Notes: a model not told the origin generated them from the sequence alone. DNA of 63,798 nucleotides, filler included, from Octopus bimaculoides (GCF_001194135.2; 5 parts of 5 records of this genome joined end to end with filler, not necessarily neighbours in it); one strand, 5' to 3'; shown: positions 49,086 through 62,882, counted from the first letter of the whole stretch. Numbers and translations are program-made.

Positions 49086-50578
49086 GACGACAATCCGTCT
49101 TAACACATATGTCTCTGTATGAACGTATGCGTTTCAACGAATATCTAACTTCCTCAGAAATATATGTGCGCACACGTATATACATGTGTATGTGTGTGTG
49201 TGTTTGTGTGTGGGTGAATATTTGTTTCCTTTGTTCTATTTTGTTTCAAGTAGAGAAATGGATTATGCATATTTCGGGGAAAATACACTGAAATTACACG
49301 CGAGCAGAAATTCATATTTGTCAATTAATGTTTTCACTTTTATGCTGCCTTGATCATTTGCGATCATCATTTGTTCTTTTAAGACTGTATCCACGATTCG
49401 ATTACATACCATCTTTATGGATTTCTGTCTCTTGACATGTCTGTAGATACCAACGTCTCCTTTGCAATTTTGTTTTACGACATCTATTTCTGAAGATAAA
49501 TCCGGACGGAGATATAATTTTCCTTTGAGGCGTGAGTTCAAATCATACCAATATCGATACTACACAATATTAAAAATTGTCAATGCGCCTATTTCAAATA
49601 AATCAAAAATATCCTTGTATAGTCGCGCCAATAATATTACCGAGCCCCAGATTTATTTGCTTCAAAGTTATTTGTTAAAGTACTTACTGTTTTGCCTTTC
49701 TCTCCAAACTTGGTATTCTTAAATTATCAAGGCATTTACTCAAAGTTTACTGGCGTTTGTACAACGCACTATTTTAACTTAGTTATATAACAGATTACCG
49801 AAATGTGGTTATTGAAATTACTCCTGGCCTCGTATGGTACCAGAAGTTTCTCTTGGTTTTCAGAAAACTTCGACTTGAATTTTAAATATATCGTATTGTG
49901 TGTTACAAATAAGAATCTCAGTTCGTTAGGAAAACGTTCATATTCCCATATTAATTACGACTCGTCTGGATAAATTCAAATAACTTTCATTCCTCTTTTA
50001 TTTCCCGGTGTTGTTAAAGTCATATTTTTACAACTATAAAAGTATTTGAAAATTAAACACTACTTTTAACCAATGCAATATGAAACCTAATAAAATAAAA
50101 AGTAAAACTTAAATGCACAGTATTTTTCCTTCATATTTTAGTATTATTTCCAGCTGAAAAATTTAAACAACATACATTTAAATTTGTAGATATATGTGCA
50201 TTAACACATATCTTATTCAATAATGGTTTCATATTCAAGAGTATGTAAAAATATATTTATGAATCCCAAATAAGCTTATGCTGTATGAAAGTAAACTACA
50301 TTTAAAATAAATACATATAATCATTTTCGTTCAATAAAACGTATTATCAATATGTAAATACAACAACACGTGTACACACACACACACATATATATACGTC
50401 AAATACATATTTATGTATGCATGTATGCAGGCACATGTATGTGCAAATACATGTATGTATGTGTGTGATTGTATATATATATATATATACATGTATATAT
50501 ATAATACATATAATACATATATATATATTATATATCTATATGTATATCTATGTATGTATGTATGTATCTATCTATTTC

Positions 50579-50703
<125 letters not shown>

Positions 50704-51189
50704 TTGATTCGTATACTTCAAATCATAACAAAAGAAACTTATTTAATAAGACGATTTAACAAGAATTTAGAATCTGCAGAAGTAAAATGAAAACTACATC
50801 TACTCTTTTTCTCTTGTGTGTCTACTGATATGTATACTGACCATGTCTGAGTCTTAGAGAATCTTTCTATGTATATATGTATGTATTTATATTTGTATGT
50901 ATGCATGTATCTATCTGTCTATCCGCCAATCTATATATCTATCTATCTACCCCCACTCTCTATCTCTGTATATATATATATATACAAATCATGAAAAGAC
51001 ACTTATTTAATAAGACGATTTAACAAGAATTTATAATCTGCAGAAATAAAATGAAAACTACACGTGCTCTTCTCTTTTGTGTCTACTGAAATGTATACTG
51101 ACTGTGTGTTTCTATGTATATATGTATGTATGTATGTATTTATATGTGTATGTATGCATGTATCTATCTCTCTATCCCCCCATCCATCC

Positions 51190-51265
<76 letters not shown>

Positions 51266-51479
51266 CTTCTCACGGACGTGCTGTCACATCGGCTGCGAAG
51301 GTAAACGTTTATTTGACCTTTTACTGTCCATATTTTGTTGGAATCTTAAAATAATTTTGTTGCGAAGCACCTAGGCTTNNNNNNNNNNNNNNNNNNNNNN
51401 NNNNNNNNNNNNNNNNNNNNNNTTAATTAATTAANNNNNNNNNNNNNNNNNNNNNNNNNNNNNNNNNNNNNNNNNNNNA

Positions 51480-51969
51480 CAAGAGTTCTCAGCCAGCGAC
51501 GAACATCTGTATAACAAGAATCACGGCCCGGCATCGATGCCACGACATCACAACTAGTGATCAGCACTGCCACACTCAGCCTCCCCAACTTCACATACAG
51601 AACTTTACCTAGAGTGTACTAAAGAACTGGTATAATTGCTCACGTGTTATTGACTCTTTCTATTTGCTGTAATAACTCACATACACATACATATATTACT
51701 CACATACACACTTTTCTTTGTATGACGGCCTGTCTTTGATTATGTTCTTATATGTCGCATTTCACACTCACACACAGACATACACCTTTAACGCCATAAT
51801 AAATATCTTTGTTATTCATCTAATACGGTTGTGGTCTTTCATTACTGGTCACATATGTTATCGTAGCATAACATATCATGTATATCATTTGATATATATA
51901 TTTTTGTCCTCTGTTTTTTCCATTCGTCACTATATCTCCTTTTTAGAGTTCACACGGTCGTTCCTTACA
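51480..51969 (+). mobile_element. LTR-like segment ending ...ggtcgttccttaCA
   Basis: 51654-51969 is the reverse complement of 53414-53756; both end at the same ...ccttaca. Confidence 0.5.
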
Positions 51970-52959
51970 AAACGAAGAAAAAATAAGAAAATGAAAAAGC
52001 AAATAAAACGAAGCTATGGAGATTAAATACGCTTTACACCGCTTAATCAGCCAAAGGAGTAAATATAAACAACTGAATACTTGTCAGTGATTGGTTGAAA
52101 TTATCGAAATAAGACAAATTTTTTACATGAAATAAATTCGAATACAAAAATATTTTTCTGTTCTATAACACAAAATAGATAAGTATACGAAGTTTGAAAG
52201 TCTTTCGGTACCAAAAACACTACGTAAAACATTAATGAAAACTGTGGCCCCCGTTTTAAAATAGATCCGAACATTTACATGAACGGACACTTACACAATT
52301 GAACTACTCACGAACTAATAAACAAAAAAAAAAATTTTTAATCCTTGGGACAATTATGCACGAAATGAACATTTACCTCTGTACGATATATTCCCTTTGC
52401 ATGCCTTGCAATTATGTACCTTACCTTATTTTACTTTTGCTTCATTTGTTGTATATATGCCATTTGATTAATTTGTAAATTGCCGCATTCACGCACACGC
52501 ATATTTCCAAACTCACAAGTCATTATATACACGCATTTAAATACCATGCATCTAGTGCCCGACTAAGACTGCGTTTTTCACAATTGTGCATTTCTGTTTC
52601 GCGCTATATCGAAAATTTCCTTTTTTTTCCGTACCAGGAAACTTTCTGGGGAGGGGAGTGGTGTGAGAGATTTCGACTCAAAACTGAACCCAAATCTCTC
52701 AGCTCACAACTCGACCTCAGGGGAAAATGTTTCCCACGGTCAAAAGTATATTTTCTCAAACAAAAGACCACACATTCAAGTGAATTGCTTGTAAAACTAA
52801 GGGATCCACTATAGATAACGAGTGACAAAGAAAATGTTTGGCAAAAATTAACGGCCAAAACACTTGACCTTCGACACCCATAAATCAAGGGAACGTTAGC
52901 CAGACATAGCTTCACTTGTCAGCGCTGTGACCACCAAATGTTATAAATAGAGAGACATT

Positions 52960-53380
52960 TGGCCAAGAAAAGTGAGTTGTTGGCAGACCGCACACGCTTT
53001 GCAAAGACGGTCATCTGTCTAATTGAGACGTCACGACTGCTGACTAACTACTAGCCCGAGAGCACTCATCGCTACAACAACTGTTATACAAGTAAGGTTC
53101 TTTTGTACACACGCTTTGTCTTTTCAAACAAGCAAAAACAGTTACACCAACAACAATTCTTACATCACGAATACCACAAATATTCTCAATACTGGATGTG
53201 TTGGCGTATTGAAGAACAACGGTGTCTGGTGTTAGAGGAACCAATTTAGTCAAGCCTGATGGAATATTTCCAAAGCTTCTATGTGATGAATGTTGTAGTG
53301 AGGGGCAGTTAAGATGCATGGTTTGTAGATGCTGAGCTTGGTTTTGAAGGTAAAGCCTCGGCCAGACCACATGCGATTTT
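52960..53380 (-). mobile_element. RTE LINE 3' fragment
   Basis: RMWSGRGFTFKTKLSIYKPCIL, HIEALEIFHQ, TPDTVVLQYANTSSIEN. Confidence 0.65.
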
Positions 53381-53413
53381 CGATCCTCAGATTTATTTCA
53401 GACTTAAGGGATC

Positions 53414-54403
53414 TGTAAGGGACGACCGTGCGAACTCAAAAAGGAGATATGGTGACGAATGGAAAAACAGAGGACTCCTTTTATTTAAACGTGTCACACG
53501 GTCGAACATACAAATATATATCGATGGATGATGATATACATGATATGTTATGCGACGATAACATAGATGACCAGTAATGAAAGACCACAACCGTATTAGA
53601 TGAATAACAGAGATATTTATTATGGCGTTAAAGATGTATGTCTGTGTGAGAGTGTGAATGCGACATATAAGAACATAATCAAAGACAGGCCGTCATACAA
53701 AGAAAAGTGTGCATGTGAGTGATACATGTGTGAGTTATTACAGCAGATAGAAAGAGNNNNNNNNNNNNNNNNNNNNNNNNNNNNNNNNNNNNNNNNNNNN
53801 NNNNNNNNNNNNNNNNNNNNNNNNNNNNNNNNNNNNNNNNNNNNNNNNNNNNNNNNNNNNNNNNNNNNNNNNNNNNNNNNNNNNNNNNNNNNNNNNNNNN
53901 NNNNNNNNNNNNNNNNNNNNNNNNNNNNNNNNNNNNNNNNNNNNNNNNNNNNNNNNNNNNNNNNNNNNNNNNNNNNNNNNNNNNNNNNNNNNNNNNNNNN
54001 NNNNNNNNNNNNNNNNNNNNNNNNNNNNNNNNNNNNNNNNNNNNNNNNNNNNNNNNNNNNNNNNNNNNNNNNNNNNNNNNNNNNNNNNNNNNNNNNTTAT
54101 TTACCGTGGTGAAGCTGAGTCACCTAACAGAATCGAAGAGAGAGATGTGCCGCGGAGGTTTGGTTTGGTGTACATAGTAAGTCGTGTTGACGCTGGTGGT
54201 GTAGAGGCTGTTTGGTAGTAGTAATCGTAGAATCGTGTTGGTCATGACGATGATGCTGGATAGTAGTCGTAGACTCTTGTTGCTGATGTGGCGACGGCGG
54301 TGGTCATCGTTGGCTGGACGAAGCTGTTCAAGTGGTCGCTGGAACTGCTGCTGCTGTCGTGTGGTACACGGAACAGTTCTCAAAGAGAAACTGGACCGAG
54401 ACA
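53414..54403 (-). mobile_element. Second LTR-like copy, spanning a gap
   Basis: Inverted homolog of 51654-51969; 54100-54403 weakly resembles 51480-51560; the far boundary is uncertain. Confidence 0.45.
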
Positions 54404-54599
54404 AATTTGTGGGGTATGAGTTGATCTATATATAGCGTTAAGAGGGTTCCAAATGGCTTCAGAACTTTACTCTATCACTTGACCTTATTAAGGGCCGTGA
54501 TTGGTCAGTTTGCGTTCTGGCGGGAAAGGTTCGAAGAAGTTGCCGATTCGAATAAAAATCAGTCACGTGATGACAAGGAATGGGTTCTCTACTACGCTC

Positions 54600-55000
54600 G
54601 CATTTATTTATATTTAAATGAGAAGATTGTATGTAATGGCGATAGTAGTTTGTATCTAATGGCGGGAGGTAGTTTCACTACAGATCCATTTCTAGAGGGA
54701 GTGCTGCTAAGATAGGCAGAAAAGTCGACCGCATCCAATCTGAACATATAAGATACGTTCGATATAACGTTGGCATGGAAGCGAAAAAGACATGGCCTCT
54801 ATCTTCTTCAGACTTTCGGTATGTCCAAAAGCAGTACATGCTGTAGAGATGATATCTATTTGTAAGAATCTGGTAGGCGTGAAGTGGATTCGATCCACTT
54901 GACCCAAATTTGAATAGCTAGGCCGAATCGGTGTCTCCACCACTTGACCCTTTTCTGACCTCTTCTACTCCATCTAGAATAGAGATAAACAAGCTAAATC
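54600..55000 (-). mobile_element. Degenerate Ty3/gypsy RT fragment
   Basis: IRPSYS, TACTAFG, MSFSL, CQRYIERIL and DFSAYL in gypsy RT motif order. Confidence 0.4.
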
Positions 55001-55379
55001 CATTGCACTCACTGCCCTGCTTCATGGCTATAAAAACAGGAGACCTCCAAGCAAACTTCCTCTTTCTCTTTTTAGTCACCAGCAGTGACGCCTCGACAGC
55101 TTGGTCGCTGGTCGGTGGCGACTGGGCATCTGAAGCCATGGACACAAGCAGGCATACGAGCTAGCAATTCCTTTTCTCTATGACCCTACCGCATCTCTCT
55201 ATATACAATTACTACTAGAAAAAAGGTACATACAAATACAGGCCTAAATTCTCAACCTTGCATGTTTTATATACGATTACACTGGCCTACCCGTCGTGGC
55301 ATGGCAACATAGAATGTAACAGCAAAAATAAATATTTCTTATAAAAAATTATCTTCATCATTCAATCAATAACCGTTAC

Positions 55380-56130
55380 ATATTAGAGCTTGCATGTCTT
55401 CTTCGGTGTGAACAAGATCTACAATTCTCAGCATAAAGGAGCTCACAAAAAAGATGTCTGAAAAATCTTGGATTTTGCATTGAAGATTGTTGCATCAAAG
55501 TATTTACTTGTGTCTCTGAAGGAAATATAGACGCCAATTGTGCATGAAAAGAGTACAGGATAGTAGGGACAAAATATATGGAAAAAACAGTTGGGGCGAG
55601 AATATCATCTTGTTTAACCACGCTATTGATGACAACTGGTGCAGACCGTTGAATGATGTGTGGTTGCTGGGTTGCTTGTGTTAAGCTGATCAATGATAAT
55701 ATATAGTAAATGTCTGAGTCGCCAGTGTCGTAATGGATGGCTTTATCACCATCGTTGTGGTGTGTTGTAGCAATGTGGAATGTTGATGGCTGCGTGAATA
55801 ATAACTGAAGCAAACTCACGAATCTTAAACTTGAATATTTATTGCCGAACATGATGTTTTGTTTTGACTATTTACAATGAAAAATGTTAATAATATAATT
55901 GCTGGTTGGAAGATGAGAAAACTGCTGTGCTGTAGAAAGCTACTAATGAGACATCGTGTGAATGTTCAGAATCAGACTGCCTGCGGTGTCCGAAGTCATT
56001 TGTGCAAAAGTCTGAAGTCATCTGCTTGAATGCCAGAGGTCGTCTATCCAATGAGTTGGGCGTCAAATGGGTTTTATGGTGTGAAGAGAAGGTAATTCTG
56101 TAACACCCGAGAAGACGTACCACTCGCTGA
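55380..56130 (-). mobile_element. RTE LINE RT fragment
   Basis: VKQDDILAPTVFSIYF (GVKQGCVLAP-like), ELLYAENC (LYADD-like). Confidence 0.6.
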
Positions 56131-56917
56131 CACGTCTCATTGATTGTTCGGTTAATAGAACAATCACGTGAAACTGTGGTGGTTCTTTTATGATGTCAAA
56201 TCGAGTATGAGTATCTTGCGGTTAGGGTTCGAGTCACTACAAGGACATTTTCATCAATAACTGAAAGATTTTAAAAAGTGATTTGTTAGTCGCCGACGAC
56301 TTGGCCATACAACTATTGCAGAGGTTACGTGTTACTGGTAGCACCCGGGAACAACCTCACATACACATAAACACACACTTTCTCTTTCTCTCTTTCTCTC
56401 TCACTCCCTCCCTCTCTTTCCTACTCTCTCTCTCCCTCTTTCCTTTCTATCTTACATACACCATTTATGTATGTATGCATGCATGCATGCCTGTATGTAT
56501 GCATGTACGTTTGTATGTATGTGTGTATGTATGAGTGGTGTGGGTTTGTGTGTGCGTACAATGGTCTTCTTTCAATTTCAGTCTACCAAATCCTCTCACA
56601 AGGCTCTGGTCAGCTTGATTTTATATTAAAAGACATTTGTTCAACGTACCATGAAGTAGAAATGAACCCAATTCCACATGACTGAGAAGTAAACTTCCTT
56701 AACCACACAGCCAAGTCATTACAATCTGCATTAACTCTTACCTGGAACTACTGCCCTCCTAAATGGACTGGGAATAATGCAATACTTTATGCCAACCACT
56801 TCACAGAGTGTACTAGATGCTTTATCATAGCACCAGTATGAGCAAGAATAAGAGACAGAGCAAGAATTGAAAAGTAATGAAAGTAGATGCTGGTAAGAGT
56901 GCATGAGAGAGTGGGAG

Positions 56918-56956
<39 letters not shown>

Positions 56957-57382
56957 TGGACATCAATAACAGAGTATAAGAAAGAGTGAAATGGGGACAG
57001 AGAAAGATGGCTAGCTATAGAAAAGCATGATGGCTGCAAGCAAATCCATAACCATCTCTAAATGAGCACCATCGCACAGCATAATATGGTGATAGAGAAA
57101 GTAAATAAAAGGCTAACAGAGAGAGAAAGATGACAGGAGATGGAGATTTAACAGGAACATACTGGATAAAAGACTCATATGTATCATACATCCCAACCTG
57201 CATCATGAAAATGTTTTTCTATACTTTAATCAGTGCACAAGTTTTCTTTAACACTACATATCACCATTCACCAGTCTTTTGTTACCTCACTTGTGACATG
57301 CTGCCTCTTGAGATTAGTCTCTACCACATCATCTTATGTCTTCCTACATCTTTCCTCTTCCAAATATTCCAGCCACTTTGAG

Positions 57383-57612
57383 CAGGGGTTTTCAAACTTT
57401 TTGACTTGCGGACTCCTTTATATTTCAGGCTTTACCTTATAAACGCTTATGAAATTTATACATAAATATTTGCTTAAAATAACATATATTTTTACATTTA
57501 TTTATTTAACAGTATTTAACAAAATAGATTTATTGTCAATTAAAAGATTTCGATTAAAAAACATATAAAATCAAATTGCCCATAAAAAGTATTTGCAGTT
57601 TGAAAACCCCTG
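57383..57612. mobile_element. hAT-type MITE
   Basis: TIR caggggttttcaaact / agtttgaaaacccctg; 8-bp TSD actttgag / acttagag. Confidence 0.85.
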
Positions 57613-57814
57613 ACTTAGAGCACTATGAACTGTTTTTAAGTAAATCAACTTTCTCTATACACATCACTAGTGCTGTGCGTTTCCTCTCTTGCCCAGTACA
57701 TTTAATTCATCTTTTATCCAGCTCTTTTCTCAGCTGTTTTGTACTCCAGCATTCATGCACACTTACATTACACATTCAGCAGAATATGCCTGATTCATTA
57801 TATATATATATATT

Positions 57815-58030
57815 CCAAGGCAGCAAACTGACAGAATTGTCATCATGCCAGGTAAAACAGCATTTTGTCCATCTTCATATTCTGAGTTCAAATTCTGCCA
57901 AGAACAACTTTGCCTTTCATCCTTCCAGAGTCGATAAATGAATCCCAGTTGAGCACTGGGAGTCAATATAAACAATCATCCCCCTCTCCCAAAATTTCAG
58001 GCCTTATGCTTGAAGCAGAAAGTATTATAT
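57815..58030 (+). mobile_element. tRNA-derived SINE (9488 family), decayed
   Basis: gagttcaaattctgcc..tttgcctttcatcctt..ccagttgagcactggg. Confidence 0.7.
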
Positions 58031-58159
58031 ATACATCTGTATGTATATATGTATATACACCAGTGCATACAAGTACACATGCACACACATACATTGCTTT
58101 TATAATATTATATTAAAAATAGCTTCTCCAGAATCTCTCATCCAAGGCCAATCTTGCTA

Positions 58160-58480
58160 CCATTCAGTCTTATTTTTTGCACTTGAGCATCATGCCTTTT
58201 ACTCTGAGAGAGGAATATTTTGATACTAGCAAAGGCATTCACTCCCGGAATATTCTGTTACTAATTCTTACCCTAACCACTATGTTTTGGGGATAGTTAC
58301 CGGCAGTTGCTAAGTAGGTCAATTGGGTATTTAAAAGAATCTATTTCATGTGTACTTTTAATGTTGAATGTTCCTGTGCATTCGCCACATATGAAATCTC
58401 CCTTCCCTGTCAGCTGTTCAGTTATCTTTCTATGCCTTTTGGGCATCTTATGGATGCACAAAAAGCATAGGTTATGCTTA
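58160..58480 (-). mobile_element. RTE LINE fragment (same family as 13005-13340)
   Basis: LTGKGDFICGECTG, IDSFKY, IFRE*MPLL, SLRVKG. Confidence 0.7.
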
Positions 58481-58604
58481 GTAGACCACATGAAATTTCT
58501 AGTCTTTTCTAGGATGAGGAAAAGATTAGAAAAATCTAACATTTTTCTGTATATTGAACATAGCCATTTCCCTAACAGCAGCGCAATCAGAGACATACGC
58601 ATGT

Positions 58605-58642
<38 letters not shown>

Positions 58643-59369
58643 ATACATATGTGTATATGATGATGATGATGAAGATGACGATGATGATGGATACTGCCAT
58701 AGGGAATGATATATGAGCACTCAGTAACAATATATATATAAAGGAATGTTGTTAGCAAACAAGCTGTAAAGGAATTAGCTTCAAGTAGAGTTTTAAGTGG
58801 AATAAATTTGAGCAGGGCCATCCGCCCTCTTCTCAGTGTCTAACCTGAACTAGTGTACAGTGAACCACATCTCAGACACAAAAGGATACCTGCCAGGGAA
58901 GGTAGGGATGAATGTCCAAAACAACACATTGACGCCTATTTACTTTACCATTTCAGTGTAAACAATATGATACATACATACATACATACATCGAAATATA
59001 TTTAATAAATTGTATAGTATATACCAGAGAAGCATATTCACTGGCTTAGTGTTCATTAGGTATGTAATTAATGAGAGAGAGATGGCAGATATGAGAATCT
59101 TTATTGATCACAACAGTGTTCCACCAAAGAGGGATCAATGCCAGATGGGTCAAGACAATTGTAGTGACCAATAAGGAGTCTTGTATCTTCCATCTTCCAT
59201 ATCTCATTAATTACACACACTCAAACATATATATATATATATATATATANNNNNNNNNNNNNNNNNNNNNNNNNNNNNNNNNNNNNNNNNNNNTTAATTA
59301 ATTAANNNNNNNNNNNNNNNNNNNNNNNNNNNNNNNNNNNNNNNNNNNNCGAGGGCCAGTCAGGCGGTA

Positions 59370-59580
59370 CTGGCAATGGCCATGCTCAAATGGTGTTTTA
59401 TATGTGCCACCTGCACAGAAGCCAGTCCAGCAGCATTGGCAACGACCTCGCTTGAATGTCTTTTCGTGCCACCAGTACAAATGCCAGTAAGGCAACGCTG
59501 GTAACGATCACATTCAAATGGTGCTTTTCATGTGCCACCAGCACGGGAGCCAGACAGCTGCTCTGGCAATGATCATGCAG
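59370..59580. repeat. ~64-bp degenerate tandem repeat, ~3.3 copies
   Basis: Units start at 59370, 59436, 59498 and 59563 (ctggcaa...caaatggtg...gtgccacc...gccag). Confidence 0.8.
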
Positions 59581-59895
59581 ATATTTACTTATGTAAGTAT
59601 TAACAGGTGAAACCATGGTACGTAGGTTAATCGTTTTTATATTTAGTATTTTTTCATTTGTCTTGCCCTTTTACAATCTGTTGTCTTGCTGAAATTTTTA
59701 CTGAGAACATATTCTTCGTGGTTAGATGATTTGGCATCTATTTCTAGCATATAGGAGTCCACTTTTGCTGGTCATTCCTCTTATTTTTGTATGTAATATA
59801 ATTTTAATATTCGGATTTTTTAAAATATGCTAGACCACTGGTTTTAATTGATTAATATCAATTTCTACCCTTATTATTAAATTTTATATATGAGA

Positions 59896-59932
<37 letters not shown>

Positions 59933-60814
59933 ATGTAAATGTGTATGTACCGCAGAATCCTTTGTATTTTTGTTGTTANNNNNNNNNNNNNNNNNNNNNN
60001 NNNNNNNNNNNNNNNNNNNNNNNNNNNNNNNNNNNNNNNNNNNNNNNNNNNNNNNNNNNNNNNNNNNNNNNNNNNNNNNNNNNNNNNNNNNNNNNNNNNN
60101 NNNNNNNNNNNNNNNNNNNNNNNNNNNNNNNNNNNNNNNNNNNNNNNNNNNNNNNNNNNNNNNNNNNNNNNNNNNNNNNNNNNNNNNNNNNNNNNNNNNN
60201 NNNNNNNNNNNNNNNNNNNNNNNNNNNNNNNNNNNNNNNNNNNNNNNNNNNNNNNNNNNNNNNNNNNNNNNNNNNNNNNNNNNNNNNNNNNNNNNNNNNN
60301 NNNNNNNNNNNNNNNNNNNNNNNNNNNNNNNNNNNNNNNNNNNNNNNNNNNNNNNNNNNNNNNNNNNNNNNNNNNNNNNNNNNNNNNNNNNNNNNNNNNN
60401 NNNNNNNNNNNNNNNNNNNNNNNNNNNNNNNNNNNNNNNNNNNNNNNNNNNNNNNNNNNNNNNNNNNNNNNNNNNNNNNNNNNNNNNNNNNNNNNNNNNN
60501 NNNNNNNNNNNNNNNNNNNNNNNNNNNNNNNNNNNNNNNNNNNNNNNNNNNNNNNNNNNNNNNNNNNNNNNNNNNNNNNNNNNNNNNNNNNNNNNNNNNN
60601 NNNNNNNNNNNNNNNNNNNNNNNNNNNNNNNNNNNNNNNNNNNNNNNNNNNNNNNNNNNNNNNNNNNNNNNNNNNNNNNNNNNNNNNNNNNNNNNNNNNN
60701 NNNNNNNNNNNNNNNNNNNNNNNNNNNNNNNNNNNNNNNNNNNNNNNNNNNNNNNNNNNNNNNNNNNNNNNNNNNNNNNNNNNNNNNNNNNNNNNNNNNN
60801 NNNNNNNNNNNNNN

Positions 60815-61429
60815 GCCTTACTTATTCTCGTCTTAATATCTTCGTCGGTGCCGCCTGAGAACGTTATCTTACTACCTAAATACGTAAACTCGGCTACATC
60901 CTCTAGTTCACTGGTTTCTAGTTTAATACGTTCACTGTTTTCTTCATTAACGCGCATAATTTTTGATTTGTTGCATTTGACTTTCAATCCTAGTTTGGCA
61001 GCTATTGCTTCTAATTTTGACGTTTTATTTTGCATTTGGCTATATGTTTGTGAAAGTAGCACTATATCATCTGCAAAGTCGAGATCTTCTAGAGTTTCTG
61101 CATCCATCCATTCAATGCCTGTTTGGCTTTCAATCGTAGTTTCCTTCATAATCCAATCTATAACTAGTAGAAATAAGGTGCAGAGTGGAATGCACCGCTT
61201 TATATTAACTTTATCGATTTCGAAAAAGCATTGGATAGTGTAGAGAGGGAAGGCTTATGGAGAATTATGCAGTACTATGGCATACCAGACAAGTATATAT
61301 CTATAATAAGAGCAACTTACCAAGGAATGTCATGCCGAGTCTTGCATGGAAATGGAGCTACGAATAAATTCGAAGTAAAAACAGGAGTTCGACAGGGCTG
61401 TATACTTTCTCCCTTTTTATTTTTACTAG

Positions 61430-61434
<5 letters not shown>
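60815..61434 (-). mobile_element. RTE-type LINE RT fragment with inverted 5' segment
   Basis: Minus 61176-60815: LFLLVIDWIMKET..LDFADD..FTYLGS; plus 61180-61434: EWNAPLYINFIDFEKA..GVRQGCILSPFLFLLVI. Confidence 0.85.
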
Positions 61435-61465
<31 letters not shown>

Positions 61466-61584
61466 NNNNNNNNNNNNNNNNNNNNNNNNNNNNNNNNNNN
61501 NAAAAAAAAAAAAAACACAAAAGACGAAGACGGGTGTGTAAACAACAAACAGATGTATTAGTTAACGCTCAGGAAGTGAGAAAG

Positions 61585-61622
61585 TCTTTCACATTTCAAG
61601 CCTACACTCTTTGACAGAAAGG
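61585..61622 (-). ncRNA. CpG-decayed copy of the 42131-42167 hammerhead motif
   Basis: rc tttCTGTCAAAGAGTGTAGGCTTGAAATGTGAAAGA aligns with tttCTGTTGAAGAGCGTAGCTCGAAACGTCAAAGA; core broken. Confidence 0.35.
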
Positions 61623-62830
61623 AACACAGAAATAAATAAGGAGAGAAAATAGGAAAAGGTATAGTGGCTAACGATCTATCATGGTGAATGCCAGACAGAA
61701 GGGTCACATAGCAGAACTAGGAAGAAGGGGAAATAATAAATAGTGGTGATCCCAAAATGAAGGTGCATGTGTGTGTGTGTGTGCGTGTGGAAAGGGGCTG
61801 GTGACATTGACATGTGCATGTGTAGGTGTGTGGATGATGGTGTAGGTGCTGGGAAGTGGTCAGTGCAAGTGTATGTGGGAGTGTAATTTCCCTTTGTCTA
61901 ATGGTCATTTTCATAGCATTCTTTTTATTGTCTTCATAACTGATGAGATGCTGGAGCAGATTTCCGTCCCGATATCCAAATCTCAGAGTTGTATTATGGC
62001 AACCGTATCATTGTCACATATTATATTACAGATAAATTCCTCTATTTACATAATATTGANNNNNNNNNNNNNNNNNNNNNNNNNNNNNNNNNNNNNNNNN
62101 NNNTTAATTAATTAANNNNNNNNNNNNNNNNNNNNNNNNNNNNNNNNNNNNNNNNNNNNGAGAGAGAGAGAGAGATACAGGTACATGCAGACGCACTCAC
62201 ACACATGCACACACACAAACGCACGCACACATGCATACAAACTCACAACCACACATACACACATCTTCGCAAGGTCTCGTGCAGCAGAACCACCCGATAA
62301 ATAATAGATCAAAACGGTGCAATTTTTGTTTCATTGCGTTTGCAATATGTCACATTATAAGCTGTATCACACCAGTAATGAACAGAAAGTTTCGGCTAAT
62401 ATCGACTCGCACAATACGCTATGTAACTTTTGCTGTGACTTTTTGGGACATCAGAGAGAGAGAGAGAGAGACAAAAGAGAGGAAGAGAAAGAGAGAGGGA
62501 GAGACGGAGACAGAGTGAGAGACAGAGAGTGAGAGACAGAATTTAGCGGTGACATCACACAACACAATATTGAAACCATCGCCATCTTGGTATTGCGTTT
62601 CAGCATTCTCGAAAGAATCTATTGAAAATTGTGTCCAATTTTCTAGTTACTGGTGTGAAATTATGATATTGGGGTAACTAGAGAGATTATATACAAACAA
62701 ACAAACAAACATACATACATACATACATACATGCAAACATACATACATACATACATACATACATACATACACGTAAATGTATGTATATAGGTTTGCAATT
62801 GTATGTATGTAGGTGTATGTATGTGTGTAA

Positions 62831-62882
<52 letters not shown>

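Noticed and set aside
59370-59580. CRISPR-like repeat-spacer pattern
   Set aside because: Whole units are homologous and degenerate, with no unique spacers; eukaryotic context.
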